DNA of 64,000 nucleotides from Deltaproteobacteria bacterium (GTDB lineage Bacteria > Myxococcota_A > UBA9042 > CAIXZC01): contig VGRX01000002.1 of the NCBI GenBank assembly GCA_016875215.1, forward strand, positions 5,805 to 69,804. The letters are read 5' to 3'. The translations under genes and the position numbers were made by a program. The notes below the pieces were generated by a model that searched no databases, was not told the DNA's origin, and saw only the letters and a list, made by a program, of their open reading frames with translations. Of this stretch, positions 19,951 through 28,506 are shown piece after piece. Each line of letters begins with the position of its first letter. Position 1 is the first letter of the stretch.

Positions 19951-21354
19951 TCACACCGGCTCGGCCCCCTTGCCGAGCAGCTCCACGCTGCGGGGGCGTT
20001 CGATGCCGCGGTAGCCGAGCACCATGCCGTGTTTCTTCAGCATCTCGTCCCGGAAGACGGGATTGTAGGAGAAGTAGGTGGCCAGGCTCCAGGCATCCTT
20101 CATGTGGGTCTTGCGGTCGCAGGCCCGACGGAAGATGGAGGGGATGGAGCTGTGGCGGCGACGGGCCTCGAGGCACGCCTGGGCCAGCTCGTCGGGCGAG
20201 CAGTTGCGCGGCCGGAAGCCGGGCATGCCGAAGCGGTAGTCGTCGTGGAGCCACCACCTGCCGTCGTACAGCAGCCGCCCTTCCTTCTTCATGCGGGCAT
20301 ACAGCGGGGTGCCCGGGTACGGCATCAGGATGTTGAACGCGGAGAACGCGAACTTCTTGGACAGCGCCCAGTCGCACGTGGCCTTGACGCTTTCGGGCGT
20401 CTCGTTGTCGTAGCCCAGCAGGAACGCTGCCCACAGCATCAACCCGGACCGTCGGATCGCCTCGACCATGGGGTCGTAGGTGTCGAAGCCCAGGTTGCAG
20501 TTCTTCTGCATCTGCACCAGGTTGCGCTGGTCGAGCGACTCGAACCCCACGACCAGCCCCGAGCAGCCGCTCTCGAGCATCAGCTCCATGAACGCCGGGT
20601 CCGCGGCGAACGACAGGTCGGCCTGCCCGAACCAGCGGATCCGCATCGGCCTCAAGCGCCGGAACAGCTCCCTGGCCTGCTCCTTGCTCGCAATGAGGTT
20701 ATCGTCCACGAAGAAGACGAATCGGGCACCGTCCCGGGACAGCTCCCGGACTACCTCGTCCACGGGGCGGCAGCAGTGATGCTGGCGGTAGATGTTGCCC
20801 GTGGCGCAGTACTCGCACTGGTTCACGCACCCCCGGGAGAACTGCGTCAGCCGCACCGGCAGGTATTTTTTTGCGACGAATATGCTCCAGTCGGTGCGGA
20901 TACCGATCAGTTGGGAGGAGTGCGGGTCGGGTGCTCGCCCCCCGAAGCTCCCGACATAACGCCGCCTGAGCCGCCCTTTCTCCAGGTCGGCAAGCAGCGT
21001 TTCCCAGACCGGCTCGGCATCGCCCAGGACGACGGCATCCGCGTGCTCGAGAGATTCGTCGGGGATCAGCGTCGTGTGGAAGCCGCCCAGGACGACGGGG
21101 ATGCCCCGGTTTCGGAAGCGGTCCGCGATCTCGTAGGCCCGGCGGGCCGTGTAGATCTCGGTGTTGATGGCCACCAGGTCCATGTGCTCTTCGAACGGAA
21201 GGCGCTCGAACCGGTCGTCGTACAGGACGGTCTCGTGCTGCGGCGGCGTGATGCCTGCGAGCACGGCGAACGTCAGCGGCTCCATGCGCCCGTGGTCATC
21301 GTAAGGGGCCCCGCTGACCAGCCCCATGTTGGGCTTGATGAACACGATCTTCAT
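19951..21354 (-). CDS. B12-binding radical SAM enzyme (class B, DUF4070-type C-terminus)
   Basis: N-terminal cobalamin-binding Rossmann-like domain, CVNQCEYC (CxxxCxxC) cluster motif, and DUF4070-like C-terminal region. Start MKIVFIKPNMG has GAGG upstream. ATGA overlap with the upstream paralog. Confidence 0.85.
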   Translation of the reverse strand: MKIVFIKPNMGLVSGAPYDDHGRMEPLTFAVLAGITPPQHETVLYDDRFERLPFEEHMDLVAINTEIYTARRAYEIADRFRNRGIPVVLGGFHTTLIPDESLEHADAVVLGDAEPVWETLLADLEKGRLRRRYVGSFGGRAPDPHSSQLIGIRTDWSIFVAKKYLPVRLTQFSRGCVNQCEYCATGNIYRQHHCCRPVDEVVRELSRDGARFVFFVDDNLIASKEQARELFRRLRPMRIRWFGQADLSFAADPAFMELMLESGCSGLVVGFESLDQRNLVQMQKNCNLGFDTYDPMVEAIRRSGLMLWAAFLLGYDNETPESVKATCDWALSKKFAFSAFNILMPYPGTPLYARMKKEGRLLYDGRWWLHDDYRFGMPGFRPRNCSPDELAQACLEARRRHSSIPSIFRRACDRKTHMKDAWSLATYFSYNPVFRDEMLKKHGMVLGYRGIERPRSVELLGKGAEPV

Positions 21355-22739
21355 GACGTCGCCTCGTCGGACAGCGGGGCGGGCGGTTCCGCCTCCCCGT
21401 CGAGGGGCTCCGGAAGCCGGGGTTCCAGGCCGAGCGGCAGACCCTGCTTGGTGAGGATGTCCTGCCGTGAACCGTAGTTCACGAGCAGGTAGGTCAGCAC
21501 ATTGGACGGGCTGGCGAGGTTGGTCCGGCGGTCGAGCATCCGCCTCAGGATCGCGGGGTAGCGGTGCACCCGCTTCCGGATGCCGAACGCCCCCTCGGAG
21601 AGCTGTCGTGCGCTCATCCCGTTCGGCTCGAAGACCACGTCCCCGAAACGATATCGGGGGTCCATCCACCAGCGCTCGTACGTCAGTCGGCCCTCGGCCC
21701 GCAGCCGCCTGTACAGCCCGGTCCCCGGGAAGGGGTTCAGGTGGTTGAAGTTGACCAGGAAGAACTTCTGCTTCAGTGCGAACTCGTAGGTCCTCTCGAA
21801 CACGTCCGGGGTGTCGCCGTCATAGCCGAACACGAACGTGGCATAGATCATGATCCCCTGGTCTCGCACCTTCTCGATGCGGGTCACGTAGTCCTCGGCC
21901 CGGGTCCACCCCTTGCCCATCTGGCGGATGTTGCTCTCGTTGAGGGACTCGAGCCCGACGATGACGCACTGGCAACCGCTGCGGGCCATGAGCCGGAGAA
22001 GCTCGGGGTCGTCCACGAAGTCGAGCGACGTCTGGGCCACCCACCGCTTTCCGAGCGGGGCGATCTCGCGCAGCAGGTCCCTGGCCAGCTCGGGCCTCGC
22101 CGCCAGGTTGTCGTCCGCAAAGAAAGTCCAGCGGTCCGGCGCTGATTCCAGCTCCTCCACGACGTCCCGGAGCGGCCGGTTCCGGGGTTCCTTCGGGTAG
22201 AAGGCATGGACCGAGCAGAAGTCGCACCGGTGCCTGCATCCTCGGGCGAACTGGATGACGTTGACCGGCGCGTACCCCTTGTGGTCGAGCACGTGCGAGT
22301 CGGGCCGGCACAGCGCCAGGTCGGCCGGCTCGTCGTGGCGATACACCCGCTGCAGCTTCCCTCCGCGTAGATCGTCCACGATGCGGGGCCACAGCACCTC
22401 GGCCTCGCCGACGGCCACGCAGTCCGCGTACCGGGCTGCCTCGTCCGGACACTGCGACGGGTGGAATCCGCCCAGCACGACCCTGGCGCCCCGCTTCCGG
22501 AAGGCATGGGAGATCTCGTAGGCCCGGCGGGCCTGGAACGTGCCCACCGACAGTGCGACCAGGTCCCACGGCTCGTCGTAGGGCGGCTCCTCGAAGCGGT
22601 CGTCGAACGCCTTCACCTCGATGTCGGGCGGCGTCAGTCCGGCCAGGATGGCGAGAGCAGTCGGCCGCAGGCAGGTGAGCGACCGCTGCCGCGGCACGCC
22701 ACGCAGCCCCAGTCCCGGCAACCCCAACGCGATTCTCAC
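21351..22739 (-). CDS. B12-binding radical SAM enzyme paralog (CRHRCDFC); GTG start with GGGGAGAGG RBS, alternative ATG at 22778
   Basis: Same architecture as the downstream gene (about 40% identity by eye). An N-terminal alignment with the paralog (MKIVFIKPNMG vs (M)RIALGLPGLG) supports the GTG at 22739. Confidence 0.8.
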   Translation of the reverse strand: MRIALGLPGLGLRGVPRQRSLTCLRPTALAILAGLTPPDIEVKAFDDRFEEPPYDEPWDLVALSVGTFQARRAYEISHAFRKRGARVVLGGFHPSQCPDEAARYADCVAVGEAEVLWPRIVDDLRGGKLQRVYRHDEPADLALCRPDSHVLDHKGYAPVNVIQFARGCRHRCDFCSVHAFYPKEPRNRPLRDVVEELESAPDRWTFFADDNLAARPELARDLLREIAPLGKRWVAQTSLDFVDDPELLRLMARSGCQCVIVGLESLNESNIRQMGKGWTRAEDYVTRIEKVRDQGIMIYATFVFGYDGDTPDVFERTYEFALKQKFFLVNFNHLNPFPGTGLYRRLRAEGRLTYERWWMDPRYRFGDVVFEPNGMSARQLSEGAFGIRKRVHRYPAILRRMLDRRTNLASPSNVLTYLLVNYGSRQDILTKQGLPLGLEPRLPEPLDGEAEPPAPLSDEATS

Positions 22740-22894
22740 GACCCGCCTCTCCCCAACGAGGAACCCCCTCGGGACCATAGCCCGTCCCGCGAAGCGAGTA
22801 AAGGGGAAGCCACTGCACCCCGCCCAATCTCCTTGCAATCCGTAGCGTGCGACTCTATCATCAGCCCGCTTCGCCCGTACGATCCGGAGGGGAG

Positions 22895-23353
22895 ATGGCG
22901 ATTCCGGCAACGACCGTCGAGGTGATCCTGGAGGCAGGGGGGGATTCGAATCCCCTGGCCGTCACCGTGGCGGAGCTGCTTGGCAGGAATGCCCCCCGTT
23001 CCGGCCGCTCGGGGCCGCTGGCCGTGCTCTCGTTCGACGCGGTCGTGGAGGTCCGTGATGCCGGGGCCGACGCACGGGCCTGCACGGTGAGCTTCCAGGG
23101 CCGCCGAATCCGGGTCTACCCGTTCCCGAAGGAGCGCTGCGACGTACGGCTGAGCGTGGACCGGAGCGCCCTGCTGCGGCTTGCCTCTCTGCCGATCTGC
23201 TCCGGGAGACTGCTGCCGTGGACCCGGGCCGCTGCCGGTGCGGCCAGGCTCCTGGCGAGGCCGGGAGTCGCTTCCGGCAGCTTTCCCCGGCTGGTCCAAC
23301 TCCTGCAGGCGCTGTCCGTCGAGGAGCGTACCTGCCCGTTCGTCGGGAGGTGA
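22895..23353 (+). CDS. SCP2-like (sterol-carrier/lipid-binding fold) small protein, tentative
   Basis: About 150 aa. The pattern of short beta-hairpin blocks and a C-terminal amphipathic helix resembles SCP2 domains. GGAGGGG RBS. Divergent from the radical SAM pair. Assignment is by pattern only. Confidence 0.4.
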   Translation: MAIPATTVEVILEAGGDSNPLAVTVAELLGRNAPRSGRSGPLAVLSFDAVVEVRDAGADARACTVSFQGRRIRVYPFPKERCDVRLSVDRSALLRLASLPICSGRLLPWTRAAAGAARLLARPGVASGSFPRLVQLLQALSVEERTCPFVGR

Positions 23354-23357
23354 CCTG

Positions 23358-24035
23358 GTGGCCCGTACGCGCTCTCCTAATCGCCGCGTGCAGATCCTCG
23401 ACACGGCTGCCCTGGTGTTTGCACGCAAGGGCTACCACACTGCGACCGTGTCCGATGTGATCGAGGCTGCCGGCATCGCACGGGGCACCTTCTACCTGTA
23501 CTTCGGCAGCAAACGTGATCTGTTCGCGGAGCTGCTCGACCGTTTCCTGCTGGCGCTGCGCGAGGGGATACGGGCCATCGACGTCACCAGCGACGTCGCG
23601 CCGCTCGACCAGCTCCGCCGGAACCTGGAGCGGACCCTCGATGTCGTGACCCGCCACCGTGCGGAGGCGACCCTCCTGCTCGGCAGCATCGAGGCCCCGG
23701 ATCGGGCGGTGCGGACCCGGGTCGTGGAGTTCTTCTCGGGCATCAAGGAGATGGTGGAGAGCTCCATAGAAACCGGCAAGGCCATCGGGCTGGTACGCGA
23801 CGTCCCTCAGGACCTTGCGGCGCACTTCGTATTCGGGGCAGCCCGGGAGGTGGTCGCCGCGCTCGTCGTCCAGGGCAAGGGGGCCGCTGCCACCGGCAGC
23901 TCGCTGCGCCGCCGCCGTGCCGTGGACATCATCGAACCGCTTCTCGACCTGGTGGCATCGGGCCTGCTGGTCGGCTCGCCCCTGCCGGTCGGGGAACCGT
24001 CATGGAGGGCCCATGTGGCCGACCCCAATGGGTAG
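23358..24035 (+). CDS. TetR/AcrR family transcriptional regulator
   Basis: GTG start with GGGAGGTGA SD. N-terminal HTH (ILDTAALVFARKGYHTATVSDVIEAAGIARGTFYLYFGSK) and a TetR C-terminal helical domain. Confidence 0.8.
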   Translation: MARTRSPNRRVQILDTAALVFARKGYHTATVSDVIEAAGIARGTFYLYFGSKRDLFAELLDRFLLALREGIRAIDVTSDVAPLDQLRRNLERTLDVVTRHRAEATLLLGSIEAPDRAVRTRVVEFFSGIKEMVESSIETGKAIGLVRDVPQDLAAHFVFGAAREVVAALVVQGKGAAATGSSLRRRRAVDIIEPLLDLVASGLLVGSPLPVGEPSWRAHVADPNG

Positions 24036-24900
24036 ACTCCGGAGAGCGGCGGCACTGCTGGCGCTGCTGTCCGGCATCCTCGCCTCGTCATCGGTTGCGG
24101 CGGAGAACAAGCCGCTGACCGAGAACGAGCTCAAGCAGCTCTTCACCATGCTGGAGACGAGCCCTCACTACAAGGCCCGTCTCAAGGCGGCCAGGGCGCT
24201 CGGCATGCTCCGGCGTCCCGAGGCCATTTCCCACCTTGTCGGCTGCCTCAAGCAGGACCAGGACCACGCAGTGCGGAGCGGCTGCGCCTGGGCCCTGGGA
24301 TCGATCTCCCACCCCGGGGCCGTCCGCGAGCTTGCCGCGGCCACCGGCTCGGAGATTACCCTCGTCAAGACCCAGGCCGAGCGGGCCCTCAACTACATCC
24401 TCTCCGACTTCCCGGGCAACCTCCCGGCGAATGCCCGCTACCGGATCCAGATTGACGGACTTGCGGACCGCGTGAACAGGAACCGTGAGCTGACCAAGTG
24501 GATCCAGCAGTATTTCCTCGACCTGCTGATGCAGACGCCGGACCGCATCGACGTAGGGACCGACATGGACATCGAGGAGGACGGCGAGAGGCCGGATGTG
24601 CAGCGTGAGTTCGAGCCGGTCGTGGAGCTTACCTTCCGGGGGGGCGTGACGGGCATCACCTCCCCCAAGGACCGCAAGCCCGGGGAAGTCAGGGTGGTTG
24701 TCGAGCTGGAGGTCCTGCTCGAGCCGGTCGGCGCAAAGGCGGTTCCGAAGAAGTCCCTGACCGGAAGCGCATCGTTTGCCGGAGGGGCGAAGCCCAAGGA
24801 CGACTGGACCGATGACCCGCTGTTGGAGAGCCACAAGGCCGCGCTGAAGAAGGGGGTCGGGGGGCTGTTCCCGGAGGTCAAGAAGGTGTTGAAGCTGTAG
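24028..24900 (+). CDS. Secreted HEAT/PBS-lyase-like repeat protein
   Basis: Signal peptide MGRLRRAAALLALLSGILASSSVAA. HEAT-like repeats (ARLKAARALGMLRRPEAISHLVGCL..DHAVRSGCAWALGSI). The start could be 24013. Confidence 0.6.
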   Translation: MGRLRRAAALLALLSGILASSSVAAENKPLTENELKQLFTMLETSPHYKARLKAARALGMLRRPEAISHLVGCLKQDQDHAVRSGCAWALGSISHPGAVRELAAATGSEITLVKTQAERALNYILSDFPGNLPANARYRIQIDGLADRVNRNRELTKWIQQYFLDLLMQTPDRIDVGTDMDIEEDGERPDVQREFEPVVELTFRGGVTGITSPKDRKPGEVRVVVELEVLLEPVGAKAVPKKSLTGSASFAGGAKPKDDWTDDPLLESHKAALKKGVGGLFPEVKKVLKL

Positions 24901-24921
24901 AAAGGCACAGAGGAGGGAGAT

Positions 24922-25560
24922 ATGGCACCCAAGCCGTACAAGCGCAAGGTATCCAACATGCTGGTGGACAGCCGGTTCCAGCTCAAGTACACCCTGTTCC
25001 TGGTGGCGGTATCGCTGGCCGTCTTTTCCGTGCTCGGGTGGTTCTACTACTCGGAGCGCAAGACCACCACCGAGCTCCTGGAGATCGATGCCCGCTTCAG
25101 CAAGCTCCAGCAACCTCAGGGGGCGGCCTCCGATGCTGCCGAGGAGTATGCAAGGGCATTCGATGCGGACATCGAGCAGGACGCGGCAGCCCGTGACACG
25201 AAGGCCTCGGTGCTCATGCTGGCGGCCGTGGCCGGCCTGGTGCTGGTGCTCATGCTGGCGGGCATCTGGCTGACGCACAAGGCTGCGGGGCCGCTGTTTG
25301 CTCTGTCGAAGTTCATGGAGGCCGCACAGCAGGGCCGATGGAAGGAGATCCGTCCGTTCCGGAAGGGGGACGAGTTCCTCTACCTGGCCGAGCAGTTCCA
25401 GAAGCTGGCTGCCCGGATCCAGGAGCGCCACAAGCAGGAGCTGCTCTTGCTGCTCGAGGCTGCCCGGTCGTTGTCGGAGGGGAAGTCCGACGACGCGGCA
25501 AAGAAGCTGTCTGGCGTGATCGCCGACAAGAAGAGCTACCTCGGGTCTGAGGGACCCTGA
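24922..25560 (+). CDS. Two-TM membrane protein with HAMP-like linker and no output domain
   Basis: TM1, a ~70-aa periplasmic loop, TM2, then an amphipathic HAMP-like segment (PLFALSKFMEAAQQGRWKEI...EFLYLAEQFQKLAARIQ). Confidence 0.55.
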   Translation: MAPKPYKRKVSNMLVDSRFQLKYTLFLVAVSLAVFSVLGWFYYSERKTTTELLEIDARFSKLQQPQGAASDAAEEYARAFDADIEQDAAARDTKASVLMLAAVAGLVLVLMLAGIWLTHKAAGPLFALSKFMEAAQQGRWKEIRPFRKGDEFLYLAEQFQKLAARIQERHKQELLLLLEAARSLSEGKSDDAAKKLSGVIADKKSYLGSEGP

Positions 25561-25626
25561 GCCGGCCATGCCGGCGGTTTCTGTCCCACTCAGTTTCGGA
25601 AATCGCCCCGAAGGAGTGAAGGTGCC

Positions 25627-27210
25627 GTGAGCACGAACATGCCGCGTATCGCCCTGCTGGGTTGTGGGAAATGGGGGAGGAACCACGCCCGGGTCCTCCA
25701 CGAGATGGGTTGCCTGGCGCTGCTGTGCGACGAGCGGGCCGAGGCGTTGGAGCAGGTGAAGGCGACCTGTCCCGGCGTCCCGGCGACCACTTCGATCGAC
25801 GAGATCCTCTCGGCACGGCCGGACGGTGTCGTGGTGGCCACGCCGGCTGCCGCGCACGCGGCGCATGCCACCCGGTTGCTCGAGGCCGGCCTGCATGTCC
25901 TGGTGGAGAAGCCGCTTGCCCTGACGGTGGCTGACGGGCGGAGGCTGGTGGCACTGGCGGAGGAGCATCGGCGCGTGCTCGCTGTCGGCCATATCCTCGA
26001 GCACCACCCGGCCCGGCAGCGCATCCGGGAGCTGCTGGCCGAAGGGCGGCTCGGAGCCGTCCTGTCAGCCCGCCTGAATCGCACCGGCCTGGGGACGATC
26101 CGCTCGGTGGAGGACGTGCTGTTCAGCTTCGCACCGCATGACATCGCGTTCGCGCTGGAACTGGGCAGAGGGCTTCCCGTCACCGTCACTGCGGTCGGGT
26201 TCGACCTGTTCGGCAGGGGCATCGCGGACACCGCGGTGATCGTGCTGGGCTTTGCCGAAACAGCGGCCCGTCCCCTGTCCGTCCAGATCACGGTGAGCTG
26301 GCTCGAGCCGAAGAAGGAGCACCGGGCCCTCCTGGTCGGGACCGAGGGGATGCTGGAGTGGAACGACACGCCGGAGGGGCGGGGGATCACGCTGACCCGG
26401 ACGGTGACGGAGCCGGGCACGCCGCCGACGGTCAAGGTCGTGGACAGAGAGAGCATCGACATCCCCGAGGGCGAGCCGCTGCGCCGGGAGCTCGATGCAT
26501 TCGTTCGGGCCATCCGGGAGAACGACCTGGCGGGCCTCTCGGACGGGTCTTCCGGCCTGGACGTACTTGCCGTGCTCGAAGCCTGTGCCCGAAGTGCGAA
26601 GCAGGGGAGGAGGGTCCGGATGGAAGAGGTGACGCGCAACTGGTTCGCGCACGAGTCCGCTGTGGTCCACCCGACCGCAGAGGTCGGCGAGGGGACGAGC
26701 ATCTGGCACTTCTGCCACGTGATGCAGGGCACGCACCTCGGTCGAGACGTCACCATGGGGCAGAACTGCTTCATCGCCAAGGGCGTCAGCATCGGCGACG
26801 GGTGCCGGCTGCAGAACAACATCTCGGTCTACGAAGGGGTGATCCTGGAGGAGGACGTGTTCGTGGGGCCGTCCGCCGTGTTCACCAACGTACGTTTTCC
26901 ACGAGCCTTCGTGTCCCGCAAGTCGGAGTACGAGACCACCCGGGTCTGCAAGGGGGCCACCATCGGCGCCAATGCCACCATCGTGTGCGGCGTGACCATC
27001 GGGGCGCACGCGTTCATCGCGGCCGGCGCGGTCGTGACCAAGGACGTGCCGCCCTACACCCTGGTGGAAGGGGTCCCCGCGGTCAAGTCGCGGCACATGT
27101 GCTCGTGCGGCGAGCGCCTCCCCCGCTCCGACGGCGACGTCCTCACCTGCCGCCGCTGCAAGGCAGCGTACCGCAAGACCCCATCCGGCGTGGCGCCGGA
27201 GAGAAAGTAG
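25627..27210 (+). CDS. Fusion protein: Gfo/Idh/MocA-family NAD(P) sugar dehydrogenase (WbpB-like) + left-handed beta-helix hexapeptide N-acetyltransferase (WbpD/PglD-like) + C-terminal Cys4 ribbon
   Basis: N-terminal RIALLGCGKWG Rossmann motif and Gfo/Idh/MocA C-terminal domain. Residues ~340-500 match the WbpD-type acetyltransferase (IWHFCHV..GQNCFI.. hexapeptide repeats ..GANATIVCGVTIG). Tail CSCG...CRRC. GTG start with AAGGAG SD. Confidence 0.8.
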   Translation: MSTNMPRIALLGCGKWGRNHARVLHEMGCLALLCDERAEALEQVKATCPGVPATTSIDEILSARPDGVVVATPAAAHAAHATRLLEAGLHVLVEKPLALTVADGRRLVALAEEHRRVLAVGHILEHHPARQRIRELLAEGRLGAVLSARLNRTGLGTIRSVEDVLFSFAPHDIAFALELGRGLPVTVTAVGFDLFGRGIADTAVIVLGFAETAARPLSVQITVSWLEPKKEHRALLVGTEGMLEWNDTPEGRGITLTRTVTEPGTPPTVKVVDRESIDIPEGEPLRRELDAFVRAIRENDLAGLSDGSSGLDVLAVLEACARSAKQGRRVRMEEVTRNWFAHESAVVHPTAEVGEGTSIWHFCHVMQGTHLGRDVTMGQNCFIAKGVSIGDGCRLQNNISVYEGVILEEDVFVGPSAVFTNVRFPRAFVSRKSEYETTRVCKGATIGANATIVCGVTIGAHAFIAAGAVVTKDVPPYTLVEGVPAVKSRHMCSCGERLPRSDGDVLTCRRCKAAYRKTPSGVAPERK

Positions 27211-27308
27211 ACAGACCGGGAGTGTGAGTGCGGGAGCATCGGCCCCCGCTCCTCGCTGGACGCACGTCCCGCTCCGGAGTAGCATGATGACAAGTCGGAG
27301 GTAACTTC

Positions 27309-28496
27309 ATGGTCAGCAACAACGGGGTGCTTTCGGGTATCGGGCGGGCTTCCAACACAGCGTTGCGGCTTCTGGCGGAAGGCGCATTGGTCCTGGTCCT
27401 GGCATCGCTCGCACTTTCCGCCTGGGGATGCGGGAACGGTTCGGACAGGAAGGTGGTAGATCCGGCCTACGACGTATCGGGCGACGGCGGGCCGCTGGCG
27501 CAGTGCTACCACATCGGGGAGAAATGGCCGCAGAGCTACCCGCCGATGACGGAGGAGAATGCATACCAGCTCGCCCTGAAGTGGAGCCAATGCGGTGCCA
27601 TGGTCGGGACCAAGCTGGCGTGGTTCTGGCAGTGTGCCATGGGCACGTGTCTGCCCTATGAGGTGCCCGATGTGGACCCGCCCTCCATGGAGTGCATCCT
27701 GGCGGCGAAGGACTGTGACGAGGTGCGTTGCTGCTGGGGGGTGAACTCGGACGCGAGCTGCAATCCGGACACGTTCGAGGGCGGATGCGATGGCAGCGTC
27801 CACGTTTCGTGCTGGCCTCTGGCGGATGGGCGCCACATGGTCAGGATGTGGGATTGTGCGTGGTCCTCGGGGAACCCCCAGTGCCTGCTGGACACCGACG
27901 GGCATCGAACTTGCGGCAGCGGCACTTGCCCGGACGGTGGGGTGCCGGCCACGTGTGAAGGGAACGTCCGGGTCTCCTGTGAAAAGGGGGTAGAGCGCCG
28001 GGTGGACTGTGCAGAGCGGGGCCGCATCTGCGCCGTTGTGGCCACCGGTGATGGACAGGAAGCAGCCTGTGTGCTGAAGAAGGGATGCCTGGTCCCGTAC
28101 TGCGACGGCACCGTGTTCGTCATGTGCAAGGGCGGGGCCGAGGTCGCACGATACAACTGCGACTGGTACGGCGAGGGGTTCACCTGCACGAATCCGACCA
28201 AGGACGGGAGCGGCGACTGGACTGGTGGATGCTTGCCGCCGCCCGACAAGGCGTGCGATCCGGACAAAGACGAGGACTACTGCGAGGGAGCCGTCGCACA
28301 CTACTGCACGGGCCATGGTGCGTGGGCCGAGTTCGACTGTGCGGGCTTCGTGGATGGCGCCTGCCGGAAGTACTGCCCGCTGGATTTCGGCGGCGGTGAG
28401 TGCGACCCCGGAGACGACACTTGCACCCCCGTTCCTCCCTGCGACCCCACCGACCCGACGCAGGGCAACTCGGTCGGATGTGCAGAGGGGAAGTAA
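27309..28496 (+). CDS. Cys-rich lipoprotein of unknown function
   Basis: LSAWGC lipobox, more than 40 Cys residues. GGAGG RBS. Confidence 0.6.
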   Translation: MVSNNGVLSGIGRASNTALRLLAEGALVLVLASLALSAWGCGNGSDRKVVDPAYDVSGDGGPLAQCYHIGEKWPQSYPPMTEENAYQLALKWSQCGAMVGTKLAWFWQCAMGTCLPYEVPDVDPPSMECILAAKDCDEVRCCWGVNSDASCNPDTFEGGCDGSVHVSCWPLADGRHMVRMWDCAWSSGNPQCLLDTDGHRTCGSGTCPDGGVPATCEGNVRVSCEKGVERRVDCAERGRICAVVATGDGQEAACVLKKGCLVPYCDGTVFVMCKGGAEVARYNCDWYGEGFTCTNPTKDGSGDWTGGCLPPPDKACDPDKDEDYCEGAVAHYCTGHGAWAEFDCAGFVDGACRKYCPLDFGGGECDPGDDTCTPVPPCDPTDPTQGNSVGCAEGK

Positions 28497-28506
28497 GGGC
28501 CCGGGG

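Noticed and set aside
22779-22894. Searched the intergenic spaces over 100 bp (1025-1206, 5781-6025, 22779-22894, 33522-33679, 38197-38510, 42017-42150, 44838-44915) for tRNA, small RNA or mobile-element ends
   Set aside because: No cloverleaf-compatible sequence, no inverted terminal repeats, and no integrase or transposase fragments were found. Only the regulatory motifs and repeats already reported are present.
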